In this document: positions 51,669 to 61,021 of the stretch, piece after piece
Numbering within the stretch: position 1 is the stretch's first letter
Layout of the letters: every line of letters starts with the position of its first letter
Program-made: the position numbers and the translations under genes
Origin: Dehalococcoidia bacterium
GTDB taxonomy: Bacteria; Chloroflexota; Dehalococcoidia; UBA2979
Length of the DNA stretch: 64,000 nt
Assembly: GCA_965262725.1 (NCBI GenBank)
Contig: OZ253555.1
Coordinates: 256,001-320,000, forward strand
Reading direction: 5' to 3'
Notes under the pieces: generated by a model
What the model was told of the DNA's origin: nothing
What the model saw: only the letters and a program-made list of their open reading frames with translations
Databases searched by the model: none

Positions 51669-52160
51669 ATGACCGTGATCGATGACCTACTGGAGAACAA
51701 CGCGAGCTACGCAGCGAGTTTCGACAAGGGAGCCCTGCCGCTCCCGCCGGGACTCAACCTGGCGGTCGTGGCCTGCATGGACGCCCGCCTCGACACCCAC
51801 AAGCTGCTCGGCATCGGGGAAGGCGACGCGCACGTCATCCGCAACGCGGGCGGGGTCGTGACCGACGACGCCATCCGCTCGCTGACGATCTCGCAGCGCC
51901 TCCTGGGCACGACCTCGATCCTGCTCATCCACCACACCGACTGCGGCATGTTGACCTTCCGCGACGACGCCGTGAAGGACGCGATCGTGGCCGATACCGG
52001 ACTGCGGCCGGCGTTCGCCCTCGAGGCGTTCGGCGAGCTCGATGCGGACGTGCGGCAGTCGATCGCGCGCATCCAGGCGAGCCCCTTCGTCCCGCACAAG
52101 GACGACGTGCGCGGCTTCGTCTACGACTGCGCGAGCGGGCGGCTGAACGAGGTCAGCTGA
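51669..52160 (+). CDS. Beta-class carbonic anhydrase (small type)
   Basis: CMDAR, RNAGG and HTDCG motifs. Confidence 0.9.
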   Translation: MTVIDDLLENNASYAASFDKGALPLPPGLNLAVVACMDARLDTHKLLGIGEGDAHVIRNAGGVVTDDAIRSLTISQRLLGTTSILLIHHTDCGMLTFRDDAVKDAIVADTGLRPAFALEAFGELDADVRQSIARIQASPFVPHKDDVRGFVYDCASGRLNEVS

Positions 52161-52280
52161 CCCGCCCGTTGGCCCTCCGCCCGGGGGTTCACGAGCTCGA
52201 TCCCGCAGCCTGAGACGCTGTCGTCCCCTCGACGTGGCACGTGGGGCCGTCGCTGGCATGTGGCCGGGCGAGGAGCCTGC

Positions 52281-53180
52281 CTAGTCGGAGGCCGCGGCTC
52301 GCTCGCGTAGCAGGCCGGTGATCGCCCGGATCGTCTCCTGAAGCGTTCTGCCTGAGTCGATGGTCTCGGGGCTCTCGTCCGCGAAGGGCGTCGCGGCGAG
52401 GAGCCTGAACATCTCCGCGGCTCCCTGGTGGAATCGGGGCGTGACGCCGGCTTGCTCGAAAGTCCCGGCGATCTCCTCCATCTCCCCGATCCAGCGGCCG
52501 GCGTTCGCGGGAAGGCCGGGGATGCCGGACTCCATCTGCGAGAGCGTCCCGCCCTGACTCTGCCCGAGCTCCTCGACGAGCTCGTCGTAGAGGCCGAGCG
52601 AATCCGCGGCGGCGAGCATCGCGACCCTCAGCGCGTTCGTTCCCTTCGTCATCGACGCGTAGCACATCTTGATCGCCGACGCCCGCCCGATGGAGGGGCC
52701 GAGGTTCCGGACGGCAACGCCCGCGCCGTCGAGCTCGTCCATCAGGCCGGCGCCGGGGCCGGAGGTGTAGATCCGGGGCACCGCGCCCCTGGCCGGTGAG
52801 GATCCGATGATCCCGGCGTCGATGTAGTCGCCGCCGGCGCCCCCGATGATGGCGGCGATCGCCGACGCCGATCGCGGGGAGACCGCGTTGCAGTCCGCGA
52901 ATGGTCGCGAGGTCCCGGTGGCGCGCATCGCCTGCGCCACCTCCGTCGCCAGGGCCGCCGCCTGGGACGGGACGAGAATCGACATGATGAGATCGGCCTC
53001 ACGGACCACGTCCTCAAGTGAGGGAACATCCCCGAAGCCCGCGGCGGCCGCCAGCTCCCGCGTCCGCTGGCTCCTCCCGGCGAGACAGGTGATCACGGTG
53101 TAGCCGCGCTCGGCGAGCACCTTCCCCACGCCGTGACCCATGTCCCCCGGGCTGAGGATGGCGATTCTCCGGAGTGCCAT
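52281..53180 (-). CDS. NAD(P)-dependent beta-hydroxyacid dehydrogenase-like protein (DUF1932 type)
   Basis: ILSPGDMG, ASAIKMCYA and RWIGEMEEI motifs. Confidence 0.8.
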   Translation of the reverse strand: MALRRIAILSPGDMGHGVGKVLAERGYTVITCLAGRSQRTRELAAAAGFGDVPSLEDVVREADLIMSILVPSQAAALATEVAQAMRATGTSRPFADCNAVSPRSASAIAAIIGGAGGDYIDAGIIGSSPARGAVPRIYTSGPGAGLMDELDGAGVAVRNLGPSIGRASAIKMCYASMTKGTNALRVAMLAAADSLGLYDELVEELGQSQGGTLSQMESGIPGLPANAGRWIGEMEEIAGTFEQAGVTPRFHQGAAEMFRLLAATPFADESPETIDSGRTLQETIRAITGLLRERAAASD

Positions 53181-53257
53181 GGATCCGTCCTGACGACGTC
53201 CGCGCGGATCGCCCCGTCCGCCCGCAGCCGCGTGCGGCTCGCCGGTGAGGGCGAGCG

Positions 53258-53536
53258 CTAGCGAGCGCCCCCCGCAACGGCGGGCACGATCGAGACCTCG
53301 TCGCCGTCGCCGAGTTCCGTGTCGAGGCCCTGGAGGAAGCGCACGTCCTCGCCGTTCACGTAGACGTTGACGAAGCGCCTGAGACCGCCCTCGTCACAGA
53401 GGCGCTCGCGGATTCCGGGGAAGGCGCCCTCGAGCTCGTCGACGACGCCGGCGAGCGTCGCGGCGCCCGAACTCACCGTGTCACGCTCGCCGGTGAGCTG
53501 ACGCAGCGGTGTCGGGATCTTCACGGTGACGCTCAT
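53258..53536 (-). CDS. MoaD/ThiS-like sulfur carrier
   Basis: FVNVYVNGEDVRFL...VPAVAGGAR. Confidence 0.88.
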   Translation of the reverse strand: MSVTVKIPTPLRQLTGERDTVSSGAATLAGVVDELEGAFPGIRERLCDEGGLRRFVNVYVNGEDVRFLQGLDTELGDGDEVSIVPAVAGGAR

Positions 53537-53539
53537 CGG

Positions 53540-53782
53540 CTAGCCCTCCACCACATCGCCCGCGAGCGGGTCGACGCGAACGCCCTGCTCCTCCGCCCAC
53601 GCGATCGCGCGCTCGATCTCCCCGGGCTCGCCGTTGAGCTCAAGGATCACCCACCCCACCTGCTCGTCCACGTCGGCCATGCGGATGTTGGTGACGATGT
53701 CGTAGAGGTGGCCGATACGGTAAATCACCGGCTCCTGGATCAGCTTCGGCTGAAACGTGAATCGCACGCGGCGGCTCGCCAT
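53540..53782 (-). CDS. Stand-alone NIL-domain protein
   Basis: EPVIYRIG..YDIVTNIRMADV...GWVILEL.G. Confidence 0.75.
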   Translation of the reverse strand: MASRRVRFTFQPKLIQEPVIYRIGHLYDIVTNIRMADVDEQVGWVILELNGEPGEIERAIAWAEEQGVRVDPLAGDVVEG

Positions 53783-53784
53783 GA

Positions 53785-55050
53785 TCACGCCCCCGTTCCG
53801 GCGGTCGCCGCGGCGACGGGCCGCCTGCGCCCCGCGAGTGCCTCCGCGAATGCCTCGGCGCGGGCGGGGACGCGCAGCGGTTCGGCGACGTGCCCGGCGA
53901 CCGCCTCCACGGTCTTGAGACCGGCGCCGGTGATGAAGGCGACGGTCTCCTCCTCCGGCGCGATCGCTCCCGCTTCGACGAGCTTCTTCAGGCAGGCGAC
54001 CGTCACGCCGCCCGCCGTCTCGGCGAAGATGCCCTCGGTCTCGGCGAGTAGCCGGATGCCCGCGACGATCTCCGCGTCGGTCGCCATCTCCGCTCCGCCC
54101 CCCGTCTCCTCCATCTTCTTCAGCGCATAGTAGCCGTCGGCCGGGTTCCCGATCGCCAGCGAGCGCGCGATCGTGTTCGGCTTCTGCGGGACGAAGTTGA
54201 ACGTGCCCGCCTGATGCGCCGTCGTGATCGGCGAGCAGCCGGCGGCCTGCGCCCCGAACATGCGCGTTCGTGGCTCCTCTATCAGCCCGAGCGTGGCGAA
54301 CTCCGTCAGTCCCTTGTGGATCTTCGTGAAGAGCGAGCCCGAGGCCATCGGGACGACGCAGGCATCCGGCGAGCGCCAGCCGAGCTGCTCGGCGACCTCG
54401 AAGCCGAGCGTGCGCGATCCCTCCGCGTAGTAGGGGCGCACGTTGATGTTCACGAAGGCCCAGGGGTAGTTCTGCGAGATCTCCGTGCACAGTCGGTTCA
54501 CGTCGTCGTAGGTGCCGTCGACCATCACCAGCGTGGGGTCGTAGACGGCGCTGCCGACCACCTTCCCGTGCTCGAGGTCGTCGGGGATGAAGACGTAGAC
54601 CTCCATCCCGGCGCGCGCCGCGTGCGCGCAGACGGCGTTGGCGAGATTGCCGGTCGAGGCGCAGGCGATCACGTCGTAGCCGAACTGGCGCGCCCGGGCG
54701 ATGGCGACGGAGACGACGCGATCCTTGAACGACCACGTGGGGTTCACGGTGTCGTTCTTGAGCCAGAGCGTCTGAAGCCCCACCGCCTCCGCGAGGCGGT
54801 CGGCGCGCTGCAGCGGCGTGAACCCGGTCCCGATGTCGACGCGGAACTCCGGATCGCAGGGGAGCAGGTCGGCGTAGCGCCAGAGCGTGGCCGGCCCCGC
54901 CTCGATGCTCTCGCGGGAGACGTGGGCGCGCATCGCCTCGTAGTCGTAGGCGACCTCGAGCGGGCCGAAGCAGAACTCGCAGGAGTAGATCGCAGCGAGC
55001 GGGTACTCCCGCCCGCACTCCCTGCAGCGCAACGCGCGATCAAAGGACAT
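53785..55050 (-). CDS. Threonine synthase-like PLP enzyme, possibly an O-phosphohomoserine sulfhydrylase
   Basis: N-terminal CxxC..CxxC; NPTWSFKDR and ASTGN motifs; SAM riboswitch upstream. Confidence 0.82.
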   Translation of the reverse strand: MSFDRALRCRECGREYPLAAIYSCEFCFGPLEVAYDYEAMRAHVSRESIEAGPATLWRYADLLPCDPEFRVDIGTGFTPLQRADRLAEAVGLQTLWLKNDTVNPTWSFKDRVVSVAIARARQFGYDVIACASTGNLANAVCAHAARAGMEVYVFIPDDLEHGKVVGSAVYDPTLVMVDGTYDDVNRLCTEISQNYPWAFVNINVRPYYAEGSRTLGFEVAEQLGWRSPDACVVPMASGSLFTKIHKGLTEFATLGLIEEPRTRMFGAQAAGCSPITTAHQAGTFNFVPQKPNTIARSLAIGNPADGYYALKKMEETGGGAEMATDAEIVAGIRLLAETEGIFAETAGGVTVACLKKLVEAGAIAPEEETVAFITGAGLKTVEAVAGHVAEPLRVPARAEAFAEALAGRRRPVAAATAGTGA

Positions 55051-55224
55051 GGTGGCGGCTCCGGATGGGCTCGGGGTGGAGATGGGATGCCCGGTGCGCG
55101 CTCGCCCCACGCGGAGCGACGGCCCGGGCTAGAGCATCATCCTTCCGGCGTGCCGCCGTGCGGCGGCGCCCCGGCGCCGACTCGGTGCCTCCGTGGGGAT
55201 GGTGCTCTGCATCAACGTGCCTCT

Positions 55225-55346
55225 GCTCATCGCTCCCGGCGCTCGTGCGCGGCCACCGGGTCGGCTGGGGCACCGCATCCCCCCTCGGTCGGGGGAGGGT
55301 TGCCGTGGCTTCGTCGGGCCGATTCCCTCTGCCACTCGTGATGAAC
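55225..55346 (-). ncRNA. SAM-I (S-box) riboswitch
   Basis: TTCATCACGAGTGGCAGAGGGAATCGGCCCGACGAAGCCACGGCAACC...GGTGCC...GATGAG matches the SAM-I consensus. Confidence 0.85.
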
Positions 55347-55386
55347 GACCCCGGCGTGCATACGCGTCCCGGGGCGCCCATCGAGG

Positions 55387-56259
55387 CTAGGTGCGCCCTC
55401 CCGTCGCGTCAAGGCGAGGCGCGCCGGAGGGGGACGGCCCTCTGCGCCACACCCAGATCACGAGCGGCACGGCCACCAGCACCACGATGACGGAGACCAG
55501 CTGCGGCACCCGCAGCAGTCCCGCCGCGGTCTCCGCGGAGTCGACGCGCAGGTCGGTCAGGAAGAAGCGCATCACCGCGTAGCTCACGAGATAGGTGAGG
55601 AAGAGGAGGCCGGGCCGGGGTCGGAACCAGCTGCTCCTGAAGTAGAGCGCGAGCAAGAGGCCCATGATCAGGAGATCGCCCAGGAGTTCGTAGGTGGTCG
55701 CGGGGTGGTGGGCGCCGAAGGCGATCGAATGCGCGAACGCCGGCGAATCGGGGTGCGTGTAGACGACCCCCCACGGCAGATCGGTCACCGTCCCGAGATG
55801 CTCGCCGTTCACGAGATCGCCGAGTCGTCCCGTCGCCTGCCCGAGCAGCGCCGTCGGCGCAGCGATGTCGAGGGCGGGCCCGACGGGGAAACCCCGCCAC
55901 CAGGCCCAGAGGATCCCGCCGAGGAAACCGCCGAGGATCGCGCCCCAGATCGAGATCCCGCCCTCGGTGAGGGCGAGGATGTCGCCGGGGTTCTGGCCGT
56001 AGACGTCCCAGTGCTCGGCGACGAAGAGCGCCCGCGCCCCGATGATGCCGGAGGGCACCGCCGCCAGCGCAATGGAGTAGACGTGGTCCGGGTCGTAGCC
56101 GATCCGATCCGCCAGCCGGAGCGCGATCCACATGCCCACGAGGACCCCCGCCGCGGTGAAGAGCCCGTGCCAGGTGAACATCAGGCTGCCCAGCGTGGCT
56201 ATGTCGGGGTTCCAGGGAATCTCGATGGCGAGGGCGGTTGCGGGAAGGGGACCCATCAC
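55387..56259 (-). CDS. lgt: Prolipoprotein diacylglyceryl transferase
   Basis: TWHGL, GAR, GGISIWG, GRLGD..NGE and HPATTYE motifs. Confidence 0.9.
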   Translation of the reverse strand: MMGPLPATALAIEIPWNPDIATLGSLMFTWHGLFTAAGVLVGMWIALRLADRIGYDPDHVYSIALAAVPSGIIGARALFVAEHWDVYGQNPGDILALTEGGISIWGAILGGFLGGILWAWWRGFPVGPALDIAAPTALLGQATGRLGDLVNGEHLGTVTDLPWGVVYTHPDSPAFAHSIAFGAHHPATTYELLGDLLIMGLLLALYFRSSWFRPRPGLLFLTYLVSYAVMRFFLTDLRVDSAETAAGLLRVPQLVSVIVVLVAVPLVIWVWRRGPSPSGAPRLDATGGRT

Positions 56260-56364
56260 ACCTCGCTCGACGCGGCGCCCGGACGCGCGCCGATCCTACA
56301 GGGTGCCCCCCGTGCGCGCTCAGGGGCGCGTTCGGGGGCGCGTTCGGGGGCGCGGGCGTGCCCG

Positions 56365-57171
56365 CTACTCGGCGGGCGGCCCGAAGAGCCGCTCGTAGAG
56401 GGCGCGCACCTCAGCGGGCGGGAGGCCCGCGCCGAGGAAGCTCTCCCCCACGTGCACCTCGGCGTGCAGATGCAGTTCGGTGCCGGGATCCGTCACCGAC
56501 TCGGGCGTGCCGGATTCGCCGATGAAGGCGATCAGATCCCCCCGCGCGACCGCGCGACCCTGGAAGATCCCCTGGGCGACGCCGGCCAGGTGCGCGTAGC
56601 GCGTGACGATCCCCCGGCCGTGATCCACCCACACCTGCCGCCCGCGGTAGATGTCGAGCGTCTCCGGGTCGCTGTAGCCCTGCGCCTGGGTGAGAGCCGC
56701 GAGCTCCTCCACCTGCTCGGGGGTGATGTCCGCGTAGCGGTGGTCGGCGCGCAGCACCACGCCGTCGTACATGGCGTAGACCGGCGTCCCGCGCTCGATC
56801 ACCGCGCAGGCCGAGCCGGGATACCAGTCGACGCCCTCGTGCACGCCGTTGCGGTAGGCGCGCGGCGCGTTCGGCATGAGGCCGTCGTAGCCGGGGAGGC
56901 AGCCGCCCTCCACCGGGTAGAGGAAGCCCCGGAGGTCCTCGGGGTCGAGCGTCGAGGGGGGAGGGGTCGGCGTGAAGGGGAGCGGCGAAGGCGTCGGCGA
57001 TGGCGTGGACGTCGGCGTCGGGGTGGCCGGCGGGGTGGTCGGCGTCACCACGGTGCCGTTCGCGATCACGCGCACGTCCTCGTCACCCCCCGAGCCGAAG
57101 CACGCGGCGAGCAGGAGCGCGGGGACGGCGGCGGCGGCTACGAGCAGGAAGCGGCGGCGGGTGGTACGCAC
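56365..57171 (-). CDS. M23-family peptidase lipoprotein with a twin-arginine-like signal
   Basis: RRRFL, LAAC, HEGVD, YAHL and HLH motifs. Confidence 0.88.
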   Translation of the reverse strand: MRTTRRRFLLVAAAAVPALLLAACFGSGGDEDVRVIANGTVVTPTTPPATPTPTSTPSPTPSPLPFTPTPPPSTLDPEDLRGFLYPVEGGCLPGYDGLMPNAPRAYRNGVHEGVDWYPGSACAVIERGTPVYAMYDGVVLRADHRYADITPEQVEELAALTQAQGYSDPETLDIYRGRQVWVDHGRGIVTRYAHLAGVAQGIFQGRAVARGDLIAFIGESGTPESVTDPGTELHLHAEVHVGESFLGAGLPPAEVRALYERLFGPPAE

Positions 57172-59082
57172 GGCACTCTCCCCCGGCTCCGGCGCCCCGA
57201 GAGGGGGGCGTAGACCGCATCCTGAGAGAACCTACAGCGGAACCGGCGCGAGCAGTAGCGGTCTCGCACGAACCCCGGCGTGCCCCGGGTGCGTGAAGGT
57301 CAGAATCTCGTCGCGCCAGAACACCGACGCGAGCGGGTGCGTGTCCTGTTTGTCCTTGCCTGCGTCCAAATCTGTAGACGTCCGGTTCGCCATCTCATGC
57401 TCTACTAGTTTCGGCCTCGCTTGATTGTCCGAGCGCGGCGACCCGCGATGTCCTATGTGTGGGTTACGAGTACGGTTCGTCATTGTCCCCATCGCTCTCC
57501 ACGGTCCGAGTGACATCGAATAGGTCCATCAGCCTTAAGCGAAGAGATGGGACCTCTTCTTCGCGTTCAATCGACGCCTCGGGAGCCGCGAGAGGAGGTA
57601 GTGATTCAAGCACGCCGGGAACGGAACGGAGCCGCGACTCGGAATCGTAGAACTCGACGTCCCAAGCGTCCAGCGCAGCGAACTCTGGTCTGCACTGGAA
57701 GTGTGCCTTAGTGCCCAACCACCCCTTCCTAGGGGCTTCGTATGCTAGAAGCCATTGGTCGGATCTCAACTCCTCCTTAGTAATCAGTCCGAGCCACTTC
57801 GTCTTGTCCAGCCCGGCGAGTAGGCCGCGGCGCTCGGCGTCCAACGCCAACACGGCGACTACGGAGTCAGACATGGCACCCAGCGTTCGCCCGACGCTAT
57901 CGTCGAGGCGCACTTCAAACGCTATCGCCCCCCACAACGCCCAAGCGACTTCACTGCTGCCTCCGAGTGGCACATGTCTCACGATTACGCGACTGAGGGT
58001 GTCGCGAACCGCATCCTTGTTCAGCGGAAGCCCCTTTCGTGTGTGCTCAAGAAGCGACCCCATCGCTCTCCTGATGCATCCGGGCTCGACGAGGACCGCT
58101 TGAAGTAGAAGGTCGTGCACCAAAGACCAATTCCCGCCCTGAATCTCCAACCATCTCAAGCTGCTTGCTGCCCACCTCACGGGGGCGGCAATATGCAATG
58201 CGTCCCCCAGAGAGGCCGCTAGGTCAAAGTAGCGGATGAGATCATCAGCCTGAGCGGACGGTCGGATCTGAAAGCCACGAAGCTGCGCTTTCCAGGTGGG
58301 CATCATGGGCACTGGGATCCTACTGATCGCAGTCTTTGTCGCGTTGAGCTGGAGTTCGTAGTGCGCGAGTTCGGAGCGAAGCGTTGCGAGAATCCGGTCG
58401 GCATCTGCTTCTGAACCCACCCCAAACTCGTAGTCATCGATGATTCGCATGCCCTGCAAGTCCGGGAACTCCGCCTGGAGAGCCGCATCCACTCGCGACA
58501 TGATCAACTCTGAAAGGGCGAACGACCAAGAGAGTCCAATCGGAATACCAATCGTCTGATTGTCTTGCCCCCGGCGAAGACCGCGGTCGAGCCGCTTCCC
58601 TAGAAGGGTGCAGTCACGCGGTTTCTCTTTCGCAGTCGCCTTTGTATGGAGCGCCCAGGGCAGGGCGTGCGTGTACAACGTTGGATAGAACTGCGACACA
58701 TCGGCACGCACGACGTGGCTACTCCAACACGAATCTCTGCGCGCCGGACGTCCTGTTGCCGCCTGGTGTGCGACCAAATCAGGGTACGGAGATTGCTGGC
58801 ATCTGAAACGGTGGGACGACTCATCGCATAGTGCGAGAGTCGATGGACATCTCGAAGAGCGTCCCAGTGGTCAACGACAATCCGCGCGACCGCGAGAGCG
58901 GCGGTAGGACTCGGTATCGAAAACTGCCGAGGCAGATTGCCTGGCCGCACCAGATGGTGACGCACAGGCTTGCTGGTTGGCTGGTCATCCTCATTGAACT
59001 CGGTCGGAAGGGTCTTGAGGTGTCCGGCGGCGGCGGCAGCGAATGAGCTACTCGTGAACGGGGGAGGTAGCTCATCGGTCAG

Positions 59083-60731
59083 CCCGGATCCACCGGTGAC
59101 CGGTGTTGAGCCGTGCGGAGGAGCGCGAAGCGGCCGTCGTGTGAGGTGCGGGAGCCGTTTGTGACTCCCGGAGGAGTGCTCGGCGCTGTCCGGGGCGTGT
59201 GATCAGCAGGGGAGACCGGCGCGGAGGCGATTGCGGACAGGCGGGCGCGCGGCGCTGGTCCGCGAGCGGCGAGGGGGAGCGGCGTCAGGTCGGGAGCGGG
59301 AGCGCGCGCAGCCGTGCGAGGGCATCGGTGAAGTGACCGGCCCATGGCCAGCGCGCCGGCAGATGGAGCGTGAACCGACGAGCAGAGCGGGTCAGCCGCC
59401 CGACGAGAGCGAAGAGCCGCCGCCGGAGCGTCCGGGTGGTGACGATGCGCTCGCCGAGCCCGAGCCGCGCCGTCCAGCGAGCGAGATTGTGGGCGATCAC
59501 CTGGACCGCGAGCCAGGCGCCGTTGGCGGCGAAGCGGCCGGACGGCAGGTGATTGAGCCCCACGCCGTACTTCAGGTCGCGGATCGCGTTCTCGACCTCG
59601 GCGTGGCGGCGATGGTCGGCCTCCAGTTCGAGCGTCTCCCCGTCGCGGTCGGTGATGAAGGCGTGGTAGCTATACGTCGCGAAGAGAGCGAGCTGCGAAC
59701 CAGGCGTCGGCCGCACGCGCCGGACGATGAGCCGCACCGGGACGGCGTCCGGCGCGTGTGCGAACGGCGTGTAGGTCGTCTCTGAGACATCGGCGCCGCC
59801 CTCCAGCCAGTACGGGATCGGCGTCCACTCCTGTTCGGGAATCGCCTCGGTCAGCTTCCGCAGCTTCGGATGCTGGCGGATCGTGACCGAGAAGCGGACA
59901 TCCATCTCGCGGCAGGCAGCGACCACCGCGCGGGAGTAGAAGCCGCTGTCGGCGCGCACCGTGAGTTGCCCGTTCGCTCCGGCATCGCGGACTCGACCCA
60001 CCGTCTCCTGTAGGAAGTGGGCGGCGCCCCGGCCGCTGTACGCACGACCCCCGCGCAGCCGGGCCATCAGCACGTCACCCGTCCCGGCCGCCACCGCGAG
60101 CAGCGGGTGATAGCCGCGCGCACCGGTGTAGCCGGGGCGCTGCGCCCCCTCCTTGGCGAAGCCGTAGGTCTCGCACACCGTCGAATCGAGGTCGATGGTG
60201 AATGGCGCCTCGCCGGGTCCGGCCCCGGCGGCCCAGGCGCGGGCAAGCAGCGCGCGACTGACGCGGTCGAGCTGGCGGACGTGGCCCCAGCGGAAACTGC
60301 GTAGGAAGGTGCCGAGCGTGGATGGCGCCTTGACGGTGCATCCGAGAACGCGCTCTGTGCCGCCGGCGCGCAACGCATCGGCATCGTCGATGCAGTCGCC
60401 GCCCGCTAGCACGGAGGCGACGAGTGTCGCGACCTTGTCTCCCGCGTTCGCCCTGCCCGGTGCGTCGCCGAGGTCGAGGTGACGGTCGACCAGCTCCCGC
60501 AGGCCGAGACGTTCGGCGAGCGTGGCCGGCAGGAGCAGACCCGCGTGGGCCACCAGGCGGTCGTCGTCGAAGGCGATCGAGAGCCGGGCGGGGCTGCTCG
60601 GTGATAGCATCGAATGGGTGCTCCCTGTTTCCGGTGGATCGTTCGCTTCACGACCATTCTCCCAGATTCAGAGGAGCACCCAATTCCCTCTCTTCGCGAC
60701 TGCATCCACGCTCTCCTTCGGTGCATCCGGG
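59083..60731 (-). mobile_element. IS1380-family element
   Basis: IRs cccggatccaccg / cccggatgcaccg; TSD GTCAG at 59078-59082 and 60732-60736. Confidence 0.9.
59285..60610 (-). CDS. IS1380-family transposase (intact)
   Basis: IDLDST, RADSGF and HAEVENAIRDLK motifs. Confidence 0.9.
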   Translation of the reverse strand: MLSPSSPARLSIAFDDDRLVAHAGLLLPATLAERLGLRELVDRHLDLGDAPGRANAGDKVATLVASVLAGGDCIDDADALRAGGTERVLGCTVKAPSTLGTFLRSFRWGHVRQLDRVSRALLARAWAAGAGPGEAPFTIDLDSTVCETYGFAKEGAQRPGYTGARGYHPLLAVAAGTGDVLMARLRGGRAYSGRGAAHFLQETVGRVRDAGANGQLTVRADSGFYSRAVVAACREMDVRFSVTIRQHPKLRKLTEAIPEQEWTPIPYWLEGGADVSETTYTPFAHAPDAVPVRLIVRRVRPTPGSQLALFATYSYHAFITDRDGETLELEADHRRHAEVENAIRDLKYGVGLNHLPSGRFAANGAWLAVQVIAHNLARWTARLGLGERIVTTRTLRRRLFALVGRLTRSARRFTLHLPARWPWAGHFTDALARLRALPLPT

Positions 60732-61021
60732 GTCAGGTAGCCGCGCGCTAAGAGACCCTCCAGCGTGATGTCAGCCAATACGTGCCCCCTGCGAGTTCCG
60801 TCAGGTGTGCGCCCCGCGCCAGATCTGATGGCGCGGAATCACTGGGTCAGGCGGCCTAGCCTCAACACCTGGGCGAAGCGCCTCGGCCTCGTCGCCGGTT
60901 ACGCCGCCCCTCCCGAGCCCACACGCCCGGAACCGCCGCCGGCCATGCGGCAGGCAGCCTCTTGCTCTCCCGTTTGTCCTGCTCGGTGGCAACCGAAGCT
61001 AAGCACGCTGGTCACTCCGTC

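Larger units (their letters stand above)
57464..60778 (-). pseudogene. Abi/UG-class (AbiK/DRT4-like) reverse transcriptase, disrupted by IS1380 and a frameshift near 58720
   Basis: Reconstructed sequence LLARGYLT|DELPPPFTS...RQFSIPSP...ADVSQFYPTLYTHALPWALH...GIPIG...RIIDD, with a helical C-terminus. GC content is lower than the flanks. Confidence 0.8.

Noticed and set aside
56320-56356. Three 12-bp tandem units (gggggcgcgttc)
   Set aside because: Short intergenic slippage repeat with no further structure.
57232-57460. Small ORF downstream of the defence-type RT, as a possible partner gene
   Set aside because: No recognisable motif; it cannot be supported from the sequence alone.
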